A stretch of 64,000 nt of DNA, from IMG/VR virus record IMGVR_UViG_3300005444_000001, positions 4,406 through 68,405 of that record. The stretch is one strand, 5' to 3'. This document shows, piece after piece, positions 1 through 9,688 of this stretch. Source of the DNA: a virus. Under the pieces are notes generated by a model. It did no database searches. It was not told the origin of the DNA and was given only the letters and a program-made list of their open reading frames with translations. The translations under genes were made by a program, and so were the position numbers. Numbering within the stretch: the stretch's first letter is position 1; each line of letters starts with the position of its first letter.

Positions 1-1
1 C

Positions 2-58
2 GGCAGCTTCTACCACCAGAACATCAAAGGGAAATACGAGACGAAAAAGGTCGCGTAA
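2..58 (+). CDS. 3' end of an upstream gene, KTSC-domain-like (partial)
   Basis: Frame 2 reads GSFYHQNIKGKYETKKVA*, resembling the C-terminal 'GSYF..NIKGKY' end of KTSC domains; only 18 residues visible. Confidence 0.45.
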   Translation, partial: GSFYHQNIKGKYETKKVA

Positions 59-60
59 AC

Positions 61-77
61 CTCTCCCACTGGGCGAC
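61..77. repeat. 17-bp palindrome copy
   Basis: CTCTCCCACTGGGCGAC, 2 nt after a stop codon. Confidence 0.9.
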
Positions 78-104
78 GAATCCCGTGTATCAAAAAGAAA
101 CTCG

Positions 105-134
105 TTGACAAACTGACACGCTGTCGGTTAGGTT
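105..134 (+). promoter_or_regulatory. Possible sigma70 promoter for the head operon
   Basis: TTGACA (105-110), 18 bp, TAGGTT (129-134), upstream of ORF 208. Confidence 0.4.
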
Positions 135-207
135 CAGCGCGTATCAACAAGTCCCGTCACGCTATCCGAAGATTGGAACGTGGGCGCGACGGAGTAAAAA
201 TTCCAAT

Positions 208-1572
208 ATGCCAGACGAAGTAGACAACACAGCAATCGCGGAACCCGAAGCGATTGACGACGCCCCGCTCGATACCGCGGGAGGCACGGGTGACGAACCT
301 GTGGACAGGGACACTGGCTTCCTCTCGATTCTTGAGGGCAAGCAACCTGAAACCGCAGAAGAAGTCGAAAAACCAACCGAACCAGAAAAGCCAGCCGAAA
401 AACCTGAAGAGAAAAAGGTCGACGCGCCCAAGACTCAAGCCCCGCCGGATGCGGCGGACGACAGTGAGGAAGAAGACGACGACACGATTCTCGACCGCGA
501 GGAATTAGATAAGCGGTATTCAAACAGTCCCAAAGGGCTTCGCAAATACGCTGACAACCTGGGCAAGAAATATGCTCCGGTCGCCGCGATAGTTGACGAA
601 CTCGGTGGGGTTGATGCCGTGAAGCGGTTAGATAAGATTTCGACGCTGATTACCTCTATCCCGTCGCGTGCGGACGCGCCAGAAGTCGTTGATCTTGTGA
701 AGGAGATTCGGGCTATCAATCCCGCGTTTGCTGGTCATCTCAACACGAATATCTTCTATGGCGCGATCGATGAAAATCCGACGCTGATGGAATCGGTAGT
801 CAAACTGCCGCGTACCTTCGACGAGAAGGGCAAGCCGACAGGCGGCTTTGGGCCTAACTGGTCAATCGATAAGTTGATGAAATTAACTCAACTGGTCGAC
901 GACGGTGAAATCGACTTGGACGATGCTCTTGAGGTTGCAAATCGAAAGATTGCGCCTGAAGAACTCGCCCGCAGGGAAGCGCAGAGCGCCGCGGACAAGA
1001 AACGCGACGACGAAATCGCTGAACTGCGTAAGTCTCAAGAAGACGCTCTAAACGAGAAGAAGCAGAATCAGATTACCGCTGATACTGAAGAACTCGGAAA
1101 GCGCTTTTCTGAGGTTCGTGAATCCGTGTGGCGTCAGTTTAAGTTGCTACCCGTCGAAGGTGATCCGGATGATTTGAAGCAGGAAAAAGAGCGCCAGATT
1201 AAGAAGATTATGACGCTGGTCGCTTTTGAACTTCGCGCGCATCCGGTAATGCAAGCTGTAAACCAGATGATCAACTCTCAATCCAAGGGAGATGGTTACG
1301 GCTGGGCAGTTGAAAAGGCTGCTGGCTTGCTGCGAGGAAAGTCCCGCGAAATCGCTCTCGCTGAACAAAAACAGTGGAGCGCCTACCTAAAACAGTACAA
1401 CCAACCTGCCGCTTCAAATGTAACCCAACGGCGTCCTGAGCCGCTTGCCGAAGGCGCACTGGCGACTGAGCGCGAACCTTCTCCGACTGAACGAGCTCAA
1501 GAGCCGCTTAGTCCTGAAGAACGCAAAGCTCAATTCCAGGCGATCCTCGAAGGCAAGCGACAGGTGCAGTAA
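208..1572 (+). CDS. Probable capsid scaffolding protein
   Basis: 454 aa, very acidic disordered N-terminus, helical/coiled-coil body, directly upstream of the major capsid gene. Confidence 0.6.
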   Translation: MPDEVDNTAIAEPEAIDDAPLDTAGGTGDEPVDRDTGFLSILEGKQPETAEEVEKPTEPEKPAEKPEEKKVDAPKTQAPPDAADDSEEEDDDTILDREELDKRYSNSPKGLRKYADNLGKKYAPVAAIVDELGGVDAVKRLDKISTLITSIPSRADAPEVVDLVKEIRAINPAFAGHLNTNIFYGAIDENPTLMESVVKLPRTFDEKGKPTGGFGPNWSIDKLMKLTQLVDDGEIDLDDALEVANRKIAPEELARREAQSAADKKRDDEIAELRKSQEDALNEKKQNQITADTEELGKRFSEVRESVWRQFKLLPVEGDPDDLKQEKERQIKKIMTLVAFELRAHPVMQAVNQMINSQSKGDGYGWAVEKAAGLLRGKSREIALAEQKQWSAYLKQYNQPAASNVTQRRPEPLAEGALATEREPSPTERAQEPLSPEERKAQFQAILEGKRQVQ

Positions 1573-1595
1573 GTTTCAGAAAAGGAGCAAAAGTC

Positions 1596-2855
1596 ATGTC
1601 AGTCCTTCTCGCTAATGTCGAGGCGGCGGTCAAGGAGTATTACTCCGGCGGCGTCGAAGACGTCACGTTTAATGTCGATGACACGCTCAGCGAAATTGAA
1701 GCCGGTAAAGACTTCGAAGAACTGAACTCGCGCGGCGCCAGCCTGGTTATCCGCCCGCTGAATAACGTGTCAGAGAAGTGGGGAACCGCCGAAATCGCAG
1801 ACTTTCCGAATCCCGGCGTGTCGCCTTTGGTCAAGACGACGGTTACGTTCACCGGGGTATCAGCGTCCGCGCTGTTCTCAGGTCACGTGCTGGCCGAAAA
1901 CCAGACCGCGACTCAGATCACTAACACGGTTACAGGCGAACTTGACAACAAAATGGAAAACCTTCGAGATTCGATGGATTTCCTCGTTTGGGGTGACGCG
2001 ACGAACGAGCGCGCCAGAGTGTCAAGCGCGACCTTGCTGGTAGTCACATGCACCAACGCTGGCAATTTGTTTGGCGTGCAAATGCTGGAAGTCGGTATGC
2101 CAGTTGAGTTCAGAACCTCTGGCGGCACTCAGCATCAAGGCGGCGGAGTGACCGTAAGCACGATCACGGCAGTTGACTACGCGAACCAGACCTTCACGGT
2201 GGACGTGATTCCGTCCGACGTCGCGAACAATGATCGCGTTGTGCTGTCCGGGTCTTACGGCTCCGCCTTCAGGGGCGCTCTCTACCATATCGCGACATCT
2301 GGTGCATGGCAGGGACTTGCGGATCGAACCATCTACCGCGGAACCACGCCGACGATCGTGACGGCGACGGGCGCTTTGACTCAGGGCTTGATCGAAAAAA
2401 TGATCTCGGCCAGAGCGTTGAAAACCGGCAAACGCACAGCCGGCGGACGGAAACTTTACGTCTCCGCTCAGTGGTCAGCCTTCGTGGCGATTGGGTTCGA
2501 GATGAAATCCTTCGTCAATACCACGGAGTTCAACGCGGGTTTCAAAGACGGCGAAACCGGTTACGGTGATTACAAATTCAAGTTCTCGAAACACGTTCAG
2601 AGGGACATGGTTTGGGACATGAATTTCAAACTTCTCCGTGCTTACAAAATGAGCACGAAGATGATTGAGATGGAGAAGAATGACGCCGGTGGAATTTTTC
2701 ACCAACTCAATGCCGCCCAGGGTCAGATGCACGCAGACGGAAAGGCCGTGTACTGGAAAGGGTATCTGAACTTTGGAACCAAGACTCCAGTTGACCTTGG
2801 AACCAGAATTGACGGGTTGTCCACGACTGGATTGGCCCTCGGGAATAGTAATTAG
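1596..2855 (+). CDS. Major capsid protein
   Basis: 419 aa, strong SD (AAGGAG). N-terminal 'AVKEYYSG' and 'E...L...L...WGD' pattern typical of a widespread phage MCP family with a beta-rich insertion; position after the scaffold. Confidence 0.8.
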   Translation: MSVLLANVEAAVKEYYSGGVEDVTFNVDDTLSEIEAGKDFEELNSRGASLVIRPLNNVSEKWGTAEIADFPNPGVSPLVKTTVTFTGVSASALFSGHVLAENQTATQITNTVTGELDNKMENLRDSMDFLVWGDATNERARVSSATLLVVTCTNAGNLFGVQMLEVGMPVEFRTSGGTQHQGGGVTVSTITAVDYANQTFTVDVIPSDVANNDRVVLSGSYGSAFRGALYHIATSGAWQGLADRTIYRGTTPTIVTATGALTQGLIEKMISARALKTGKRTAGGRKLYVSAQWSAFVAIGFEMKSFVNTTEFNAGFKDGETGYGDYKFKFSKHVQRDMVWDMNFKLLRAYKMSTKMIEMEKNDAGGIFHQLNAAQGQMHADGKAVYWKGYLNFGTKTPVDLGTRIDGLSTTGLALGNSN

Positions 2856-2872
2856 TGGTAATGTGAATTTAG

Positions 2873-2925
2873 AGTAGCGGCTAGGGTAGCTCCCGAACGC
2901 CAACTTCCGATTGGTTGCCGCTACT
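2873..2925 (+). ncRNA. Candidate three-way-junction RNA element upstream of HNH gene
   Basis: AGTAGCGGC/GCCGCTACT 9-bp closing stem enclosing GGG-TAGCT-CCC and CCAA-CTTCCGA-TTGG hairpins. Confidence 0.4.
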
Positions 2926-2957
2926 TAATTTCGGACTCAACTGCGGAGGTTGAAAAC

Positions 2958-3443
2958 ATGAAATGGTGTTCAGCGTGTGAGCAAGATAAGCCGTTTTCAG
3001 ATTTCGGGAAGAACAAAACAACGCCCGACGGATATCAGTATCACTGTCTGGCGTGTTCTCGATTAGCAGATGCGACATGGCGCGAAGCGAATCGCGATAA
3101 AAGTCGAAAGAAAGCCCGCGCCCATTACCACAAAACGAAAGACCGGTTCTTTGAGAGATTTGAGCAAGCGAAGGCGGTTGTCTTCCGTCACTACGGCGGC
3201 GCGTGCTATTGCTGCGGCGAAACCGAATGGGCTTTCCTGACGATTGACCACGCGGATAATTCAGGCCGCGCTGAACGGAAAGCCAAGGCGGGCATAGGTG
3301 GTAGCCAGATGTACTTCAAGATCATCGAACGCGGCTTCCCGACGCACCTTCGCCTTGCTTGTTGGAACTGTAACTGTGGCCGCGCAAGAAACAACGGCGT
3401 TTGCCCGCACGAGCAGCGGCGTCAAGACTTGTTAGCGGCATAA
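2958..3443 (+). CDS. Free-standing HNH-type endonuclease with Zn-binding motifs
   Basis: CxxC...CxxC N-terminus; 'CYCCGE...LTIDH...LACWNCN' HNH-like core; SD GGAGG. Confidence 0.75.
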   Translation: MKWCSACEQDKPFSDFGKNKTTPDGYQYHCLACSRLADATWREANRDKSRKKARAHYHKTKDRFFERFEQAKAVVFRHYGGACYCCGETEWAFLTIDHADNSGRAERKAKAGIGGSQMYFKIIERGFPTHLRLACWNCNCGRARNNGVCPHEQRRQDLLAA

Positions 3444-3486
3444 ACCAACTGGACGCAGGGCGACTGGATCCCGGGAGGAAAAGTAG

Positions 3487-3801
3487 ATGGCATTTTCAAA
3501 AGGCACGACATTAGTAATTACGCGCAAGAGCGGGCGCAACGACTTTTTCGTCGATTTTCGGCGCAGGGTTAAGATCATTCCGTTCACCAAGTTGACTGGA
3601 GACACTGTTTCAGGAACTGTGGATACGGAACTTACATACTGCAAAGCGATCACGGTACTCAAGGCCGACATGAGCGTTGACACGGCGGCGGTCCCGACGA
3701 CCGGTTTCGGGTTGAATGGGGCAACATTTTCGACCTCTATCACCGCAATGTCGACGGGATACACGGCGGGCTACCTGATCTGCGAAGGCGGCAAGAACTA
3801 A
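3487..3801 (+). CDS. Small virion protein (possible capsid decoration)
   Basis: 104 aa, Thr/Gly-rich, beta-like, SD GGAGG, follows the MCP. Confidence 0.45.
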   Translation: MAFSKGTTLVITRKSGRNDFFVDFRRRVKIIPFTKLTGDTVSGTVDTELTYCKAITVLKADMSVDTAAVPTTGFGLNGATFSTSITAMSTGYTAGYLICEGGKN

Positions 3802-3811
3802 AGAGGCACGT

Positions 3812-3838
3812 GTGAGCGGCGTCATTGGCGTCGCTCAC
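3812..3838 (+). other. Intergenic 12-bp hairpin without U-tract (mRNA stabiliser or processing site)
   Basis: GTGAGCGGCGTC-ATT-GGCGTCGCTCAC. Confidence 0.4.
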
Positions 3839-3849
3839 GTCTCGAAATC

Positions 3850-4923
3850 ATGGAAATCGTACACCCAGAGAAGCCTTCGACCTGGCGCAATCACCCCGCG
3901 CCATACCTCGAACCTAACCTAGTTCAGCAATTGACGCGTATTGGTGGATTAAACCTCTATGGCGAGTCGATTTTACGGTTTGTCTGGGGGCAGGCGCGAG
4001 TACAGTTTCGGCGCGGGAAGGAGCGGTTGCTTTACGTCGACGAGCGCATTGAGGCGATCAAACACTCCGTTCACTTACTGAAGCGACCGCTGATTACTGA
4101 CGCTGCTGGCCGTGTCTCCCATTGGGAGACAAAGCAGGTCGGCCGCGCGCCTTCGGTCGTCCCTGAAGGTTGGTGCTACGAAGAAAAACTCGCCTCGGTT
4201 GAGTTCATTGGCAAGCAGATGTGGTTTGTCGAGCAGTGGTATCCGCCGATTGTAAACCTACCGAATGGCGAAACGTTTTTACCGTTTGGCACGCCTGCGC
4301 AGTGGGAGCGCGACCGCTACGAAGACTGGGAAGACCCGGAGATTGGTTTCGTCAAGAACTGTGACGTGTTAGGGCCGTTTCCGTCGCGCGGGCGCTACAC
4401 GGCGGTCATGTGCGTGAGTAAGCCGTTCACCTGGACGGACTACGAAGAAGAGAACGTTCATGAGTATTACTTTAATTGCGGCGGATGTGGTGCGCCTCAT
4501 TTCGACAAGGATTACGAGGGAATTATTTTCAAGTGCGCGGATCGTAAAGACTTGAAAGTTGGCGAGAAATACGCGATTGCCGTCGATACGATCAAAGTGC
4601 CGCGCGAGATTCGAGACGTTTGCTATCGCGAGCTCGGGCAAGATGTGATCGAAGAATTTGAATTTCAGGCGCGTGTTCGCGAGCAGCGTCACATTGAGAA
4701 AATCGAACAGCGAACCAGGGATTTGTACTACGAAGACGATCAAAGGCGAGCAAGGGCGCGCGATCAGCGACTTGAACATGCGCGCGCTAAGCTCACAGAA
4801 GATGCCTGGCGGTGGCAGTCAGCCGATAGTGGACCGACCGGCGGTATAGGCGGCGGCTCTCGGGTGTATATTGAGAACACAGACGCCGCAGAGCATCTGA
4901 ACAAAAGAGAGGAAGCAGCATAA
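3850..4923 (+). CDS. Hypothetical phage morphogenesis protein
   Basis: 357 aa ORF in the co-directional head operon; function not recognised. Confidence 0.6.
   Translation: MEIVHPEKPSTWRNHPAPYLEPNLVQQLTRIGGLNLYGESILRFVWGQARVQFRRGKERLLYVDERIEAIKHSVHLLKRPLITDAAGRVSHWETKQVGRAPSVVPEGWCYEEKLASVEFIGKQMWFVEQWYPPIVNLPNGETFLPFGTPAQWERDRYEDWEDPEIGFVKNCDVLGPFPSRGRYTAVMCVSKPFTWTDYEEENVHEYYFNCGGCGAPHFDKDYEGIIFKCADRKDLKVGEKYAIAVDTIKVPREIRDVCYRELGQDVIEEFEFQARVREQRHIEKIEQRTRDLYYEDDQRRARARDQRLEHARAKLTEDAWRWQSADSGPTGGIGGGSRVYIENTDAAEHLNKREEAA
4114..4130. repeat. 17-bp palindrome copy (perfect arms)
   Basis: GTCTCCCATTGGGAGAC, inside a CDS (VSHWET). Confidence 0.9.
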
Positions 4924-6038
4924 TGTCAACGAATTTAGCTTATTCAGAACCAGTAGTACCGCAGGATCAGTTTCGAGCAGAGGATGACCGTCACTTGATG
5001 CGCTTCGCCTGGAAGGGTGGCGCGTACATGGACTTGAATCGGTTCATGCCGAGTCAATTTGTCGGTGCTTTTCCGGATGACGTGATCCCATCGCATCAGT
5101 TAGTAGTCATTCCGGAGGCGCGGTCAATCGGGCCGTTTGAAGTGCCGGCGACGATTATGAGCGGCGATGGTAGCGTGATGCAACAAGGGCCGAGTTTCGC
5201 GGTTGGCTCGGAAGGAATGGTGCCTGCGCCTGTTTCGGCCACGCCGGACAGGTTCAATCCGAATCGAGGCGCGCGGCTAACTCGTTTCACAAACTCGCCA
5301 AAGATGTGCGGCTACATCCTGATGCGAAAGTACGAGTCTGAAGGCATGTGCTTGTTCGAGCAGTTGAAGGGCATGGCGAAGGATGAGATGCGGAAGCTGT
5401 ACGCGCTGTTCATGCCGGTCAAGGTGAATGGTTCGTGGGACACGGTAAAGATTCAAGCGCTTGGATGGGATATGGAGCGCGAGGTCTTGGGCCAAGCCGT
5501 CTCGGGACCGTTCCTCGACGATATCCGGAAGCACTTGAAAGAAGGCGGCACAGCCGGACAGTGGCTGAAGGAGACAGAGGTACCAGGTAAGGGCAAGATG
5601 GCGACCGCGGAGCAGCGCAGAGACGCGAAGTACATGCTGCTCGAGATGCGTGGTGCCGCGACTCGCGCCTGGGCGTTTTTGAATACTCGCCTGAATGACA
5701 CGGAGAAAGAGATTCGGCGCGCGCGAGACGGCAAGCCGGGCAAAGAGTATTACGATGCCGTGGACGAGCGTTTCACGGGCGGCGTACTACCGCTGGATAT
5801 CGTAGCGATGGCGAACACGAATCGGGCTCCGATTGACCTGCAGGCGGCGCGTGAGCAGTCGGCGCGAGAAGAGAACCAAAATTCCGTGATGATGCAGGGA
5901 TTCAATTTGATTGCCGACAAGATCGCGGAATCGAAGCAGGCGGTTACGATGGAAGACGTGCAGCGGATGCTCGCCGAACGCGACGCGCATTGGGCGGCGC
6001 AAATTGCTGCAATGAAGAAAGACGAAGCGACGGGATAA
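4923..6038 (+). CDS. Hypothetical phage protein
   Basis: 371 aa, TAATG overlap with the previous gene. Confidence 0.6.
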   Translation: MSTNLAYSEPVVPQDQFRAEDDRHLMRFAWKGGAYMDLNRFMPSQFVGAFPDDVIPSHQLVVIPEARSIGPFEVPATIMSGDGSVMQQGPSFAVGSEGMVPAPVSATPDRFNPNRGARLTRFTNSPKMCGYILMRKYESEGMCLFEQLKGMAKDEMRKLYALFMPVKVNGSWDTVKIQALGWDMEREVLGQAVSGPFLDDIRKHLKEGGTAGQWLKETEVPGKGKMATAEQRRDAKYMLLEMRGAATRAWAFLNTRLNDTEKEIRRARDGKPGKEYYDAVDERFTGGVLPLDIVAMANTNRAPIDLQAAREQSAREENQNSVMMQGFNLIADKIAESKQAVTMEDVQRMLAERDAHWAAQIAAMKKDEATG

Positions 6039-6782
6039 ATGTCAACGATCCTTTCAGAGTGCGCCGGTATCCTGCTCGAGTATTTGGGCTCGCCGCCCAG
6101 AGAAGTTTTCGATGAGCAGGCCGCCACGATGGCGTGCATGGAGGCCCAGACCTTCTATCAGCATCAGGCAGGCCCGGCGATGGGCCGCCTGTTGACTGGT
6201 CGCAGCTTTGAGATCGACGCGCCGTCAAAGGAATTCCAGATCAATCAGGACGGCTTTACGTCTGCGGTCTACGTTGAGCGACGCGTGTATGAAGCGACTG
6301 CGGTGGGCGCAGATACTGATATTTGGGATAAGGTTGAAATTGTTGACATTCCGGATTTGGATAACGAGGCAGATATCGCCGAGTATTCAATCGCTTTCTA
6401 CGGGCAGCCGCCGACTGCTCGATTATCGTGGGATCCGGCGCTTGATCCTTGGTCGCATTTGAAAATCTGGCACAGTCCCGATTCGGACGAAGCGGGCACT
6501 CTTGACGACGATTTAAGCCTGCCTATTAAGTTATTGAAGTACATGATCCCGCGCCGCGGCGTGCTTCTCTCGCTCGACAAACTTCAGGAACGAGCGCCTG
6601 CAATCTTCACTGAGGGCAGAATTGATCGCATGGAAAGACGAAACATGGCGATTCTGCGCCAGTACGAAGAAGAGTGGGAGATGTGGCGCTTCCAGTCAGG
6701 CGAAGATGAGGGCTGGACACAAATGGAAGGTACGATGGATAGGTTCTACGGCCACGGGCGACGCGCGCCGTTTTCACGCTAA
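6039..6782 (+). CDS. Putative head-tail adaptor
   Basis: 247 aa, helical N- and C-termini with a beta-rich middle, typical podovirus adaptor layout; position. Confidence 0.45.
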   Translation: MSTILSECAGILLEYLGSPPREVFDEQAATMACMEAQTFYQHQAGPAMGRLLTGRSFEIDAPSKEFQINQDGFTSAVYVERRVYEATAVGADTDIWDKVEIVDIPDLDNEADIAEYSIAFYGQPPTARLSWDPALDPWSHLKIWHSPDSDEAGTLDDDLSLPIKLLKYMIPRRGVLLSLDKLQERAPAIFTEGRIDRMERRNMAILRQYEEEWEMWRFQSGEDEGWTQMEGTMDRFYGHGRRAPFSR

Positions 6783-7459
6783 TGCCGAATCTTGCCACCT
6801 TATTGCGAGTGCAGAAACTGATGGCGCAGGCGCTTAATGCCGCGCCTGACGATATGTCCTACGCGGCGGCCACGCTCGCAGACCAGCAAAAGTACAATCC
6901 TGATCATATTACTGACTGTATCCTCTATGCGGATTTCGATGTCATCCGCACGCGCCAAAGCACGATCGGCGATGGGTATCGCACCCAATACGGAAGCGTG
7001 GTTGCGGTTGCGAACGGCGCGACGATTCCGGCGCATCCAGGGAAGATCGGATTTGTCGAAATCAAAAAGACTGCATCGGACTCGTTTCGGCGCGGCGTGA
7101 AGACGCAGAGCATTGATGAAATCAACAAGCTACTTGAAAACCCGGATTCACGTTACGGATCGGCGTCAATCTTTGGTGGCCGGTATCACATTGATGAAGA
7201 GATGCGCCTATATTTTACCGGGAATTCTTGTCAGATTTTCGTCCCGAGCGACTTAGCGATTACGGCCGCGTGCCAGGCGCCGGCGATTGACGAACCAAGG
7301 ATTGCGCGCGGCGCGATTGCGATGGCGGCAAAAGACCCGTTGGATCCGAACCTTTTCAATTATTTCAACGGACTATTTCAGAGGGACTTGATGGGCATTC
7401 AGATGCTCGAAGCTCCTATTCCAATTCTTGATCAACTCGCGAAAGCAGGAGGTAGTTAG
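6782..7459 (+). CDS. Putative adaptor-like virion protein
   Basis: 225 aa, TAATG coupling, same architecture as its neighbour. Confidence 0.4.
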   Translation: MPNLATLLRVQKLMAQALNAAPDDMSYAAATLADQQKYNPDHITDCILYADFDVIRTRQSTIGDGYRTQYGSVVAVANGATIPAHPGKIGFVEIKKTASDSFRRGVKTQSIDEINKLLENPDSRYGSASIFGGRYHIDEEMRLYFTGNSCQIFVPSDLAITAACQAPAIDEPRIARGAIAMAAKDPLDPNLFNYFNGLFQRDLMGIQMLEAPIPILDQLAKAGGS

Positions 7460-7461
7460 TT

Positions 7462-8064
7462 ATGGCAAAGAAGAAAGCAGCAGTGAGGAAAAACGACGAC
7501 ATCCCGGAGACGGTGGCACCGGCTCCGGCGCATCGCGTGCTCAAGGCAGGCACGATCATTGTCGGCGCTGCGGATCGAAGCCCGGGAAGTAATCAGCCTA
7601 TCACCACGCCAGGCAGCAGAGTACCGCTGCGGCTTGTGAATGATACGCCCGTCGAGTTTGACGGCTCTGACAGGGATGAAGTCTTTGTCAGCATTCTCGC
7701 CACGAACACGGAGAACTTCGCGCTGAACATCGGCAGCGTGCCCGGAAAGTGGAGTCCGACCGGCGCGCGACTGCCGAACGAGTGCGGAGTCTGCGGCACG
7801 GAGATTCCTGCGGCGGCGGCGGATCAGATAACTTGCGCCGGATGTATCGCCAAAGGCAAATTGCCGCCGACCGAATACACGGGCGAGGAACGACGCGTTC
7901 TGAAGGTGCGCAGAACTCAGGTTGTGCCGCTGAATGACGCGCCTGAAAGACGCGTTGGACCGACGGATCGACGTGAAGCAGTCGCGCAGAAAGCCGCCGT
8001 GCCGAAGCAAGTCGCCGCGAAGGCTGCCAAGAAAGCCGCAGCTAAGAAAGCGTCCGCGAAATAG
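7462..8064 (+). CDS. Hypothetical protein with Lys/Ala-rich termini and CxxC pairs
   Basis: 200 aa; MAKKKAA...AKAAKKAAAKKASAK; CGVC...CAGC. Confidence 0.55.
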   Translation: MAKKKAAVRKNDDIPETVAPAPAHRVLKAGTIIVGAADRSPGSNQPITTPGSRVPLRLVNDTPVEFDGSDRDEVFVSILATNTENFALNIGSVPGKWSPTGARLPNECGVCGTEIPAAAADQITCAGCIAKGKLPPTEYTGEERRVLKVRRTQVVPLNDAPERRVGPTDRREAVAQKAAVPKQVAAKAAKKAAAKKASAK

Positions 8065-8067
8065 CAA

Positions 8068-8667
8068 ATGCCGTTATCGCTCGAAGGATACGCCCAAGGC
8101 GTAAGAGATTTGCTCACAGAGCAATCTGAGGCGGCCGCGGGCTTTACTGTGCCGGAAATCGCCGGACATACGCCGACGATCATGGAAGAGTTCGCGCGCA
8201 TGATTGTCGCCGATCCGGACAAGCGCGAACTCTTGAAGCCCGCGACTCCGCTTAGCGGCAACGTTGCCGGAGGGTTCTACGACCTCGCGCCGCACTTGAT
8301 CGCGCCAGACAATCTGATGCTGGAATTCATTCAGATGGCGGATATTCGTACCGATCCGGACGACCTCGGCACGGCGTTTCACTGGAAAGCGGAGCATGGG
8401 CAATTACGGATGAAACTGCCGACCGATTCCATGTTTCGTTCTTGCGCCGTTGAAGGTTCAATTCTTCATGTCAGAGACGTTGACGGCTCGCTTATCGCCG
8501 ACATTGGCGCGATCACCATCTCCGGCCCGTTCATTCCTGTGATCGCCGAAGACGCGTCGTTGACGACGCTCCCGTTTTCCCTGTGGGGCGCTGCTCAGGC
8601 GTTCGGCGCAAAATATCTGATTTCTTATCGCGAGCAGCCGCGACGAACTCGAAATGCCCAAGCGTGA
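8068..8667 (+). CDS. Putative adaptor-like virion protein
   Basis: 199 aa in the structural operon; helical ends and a beta middle. Confidence 0.4.
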   Translation: MPLSLEGYAQGVRDLLTEQSEAAAGFTVPEIAGHTPTIMEEFARMIVADPDKRELLKPATPLSGNVAGGFYDLAPHLIAPDNLMLEFIQMADIRTDPDDLGTAFHWKAEHGQLRMKLPTDSMFRSCAVEGSILHVRDVDGSLIADIGAITISGPFIPVIAEDASLTTLPFSLWGAAQAFGAKYLISYREQPRRTRNAQA

Positions 8668-9376
8668 GCCACCGAAACAGTTCAAATTCAAAACCGCAAC
8701 TGGCGCTGAATACGTCATCGGCGATCTTGGCAAGTCTTCGGCGCTGACTCGTGAAAAACTCGAAGAGTCAGTCCGTAACCAAGCGGCATGGTCTGAGTCC
8801 TCTCCACACGTACAAGTCGACGCGCACATGAGCGCAGTCCTTCGGGCTCGCCGCGAAGCTCCCGACTGGCTCGAAGGACTGAAGCAAGTCGAACTCGAAC
8901 TTCATCAACGGCATTCGAAAGAAGAACGAAAGAACCTCAAGCGCCTTTTCAATCACTACTCGAAATTGCTGGCGGAAACGTTGGCGACGATGGGTGAGTA
9001 CGAAGACGCGCTTTTGGTGCTTCCGAAGCACGAGACGGCGCTGAGACGCGAATGGAAAGCCTTGCTCGAAGCAGTCTGGAAAGACGACGAGCATATCTGC
9101 GGAAACAAATGTGAAGTCGCTTTCAATTCCGATCCGAACTTAATGACGCGGGAGCGAATTCATGCCTTCGTGTGGAGTAAAAAACACGGCAAGGTTATGC
9201 CCGCTGTTCGTGCGGCGTGCGGCGACTTGAACGTGAGGCCGTTGACGGGCGATCTACTTCGAAGACACACCGCTCGGAAGGAAGCAGACGAAATTATCAA
9301 AGGCCGCACGCCAAAAGAAGCGGTAGCGGCGCTTCGAGATGCTGGATTGACGGCAGAGAAGGTACTGCGGGCGTAA
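8654..9376 (+). CDS. Hypothetical phage protein
   Basis: 240 aa ORF overlapping the previous gene end. Confidence 0.55.
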   Translation: MPKREPPKQFKFKTATGAEYVIGDLGKSSALTREKLEESVRNQAAWSESSPHVQVDAHMSAVLRARREAPDWLEGLKQVELELHQRHSKEERKNLKRLFNHYSKLLAETLATMGEYEDALLVLPKHETALRREWKALLEAVWKDDEHICGNKCEVAFNSDPNLMTRERIHAFVWSKKHGKVMPAVRAACGDLNVRPLTGDLLRRHTARKEADEIIKGRTPKEAVAALRDAGLTAEKVLRA

Positions 9377-9449
9377 CTTGACAAAAAGTGCAAATGGGCA
9401 AATTGACCGATTTGGCAAGTAGAGATATTCAAACTGAACTTTGCCTCGT

Positions 9450-9466
9450 GTCGCCCAGTGGGAGAC
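9450..9466. repeat. 17-bp palindrome copy
   Basis: GTCGCCCAGTGGGAGAC, 4 nt past the stop of the antisense ORF. Confidence 0.9.
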
Positions 9467-9470
9467 AGAT

Positions 9471-9668
9471 TTACAACGGTCGAGTGACGCCGCGTCTCTT
9501 TTCAAATCGACGTAGAGCAGCCTTCGCGCGATTGAAGTTGTATTCCAAGTAGCAATGATAGTGCATTCCAAGTTTCTGTCGATGGTTTTTATGAATCTCG
9601 GTGTTGCATTTTCGGCAGAGAGGATCAAGCAGTTCTGGCGTAAGAACCTGAATAAGTTGCTGGCTCAT
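9471..9668 (-). CDS. Small antisense ORF, possible Zn-binding protein
   Basis: 65 aa filling the only gap in the + operon; CxxC...HxHC. Confidence 0.4.
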   Translation of the reverse strand: MSQQLIQVLTPELLDPLCRKCNTEIHKNHRQKLGMHYHCYLEYNFNRAKAALRRFEKRRGVTRPL

Positions 9669-9688
9669 TAGACTGACAATTATAGCGC

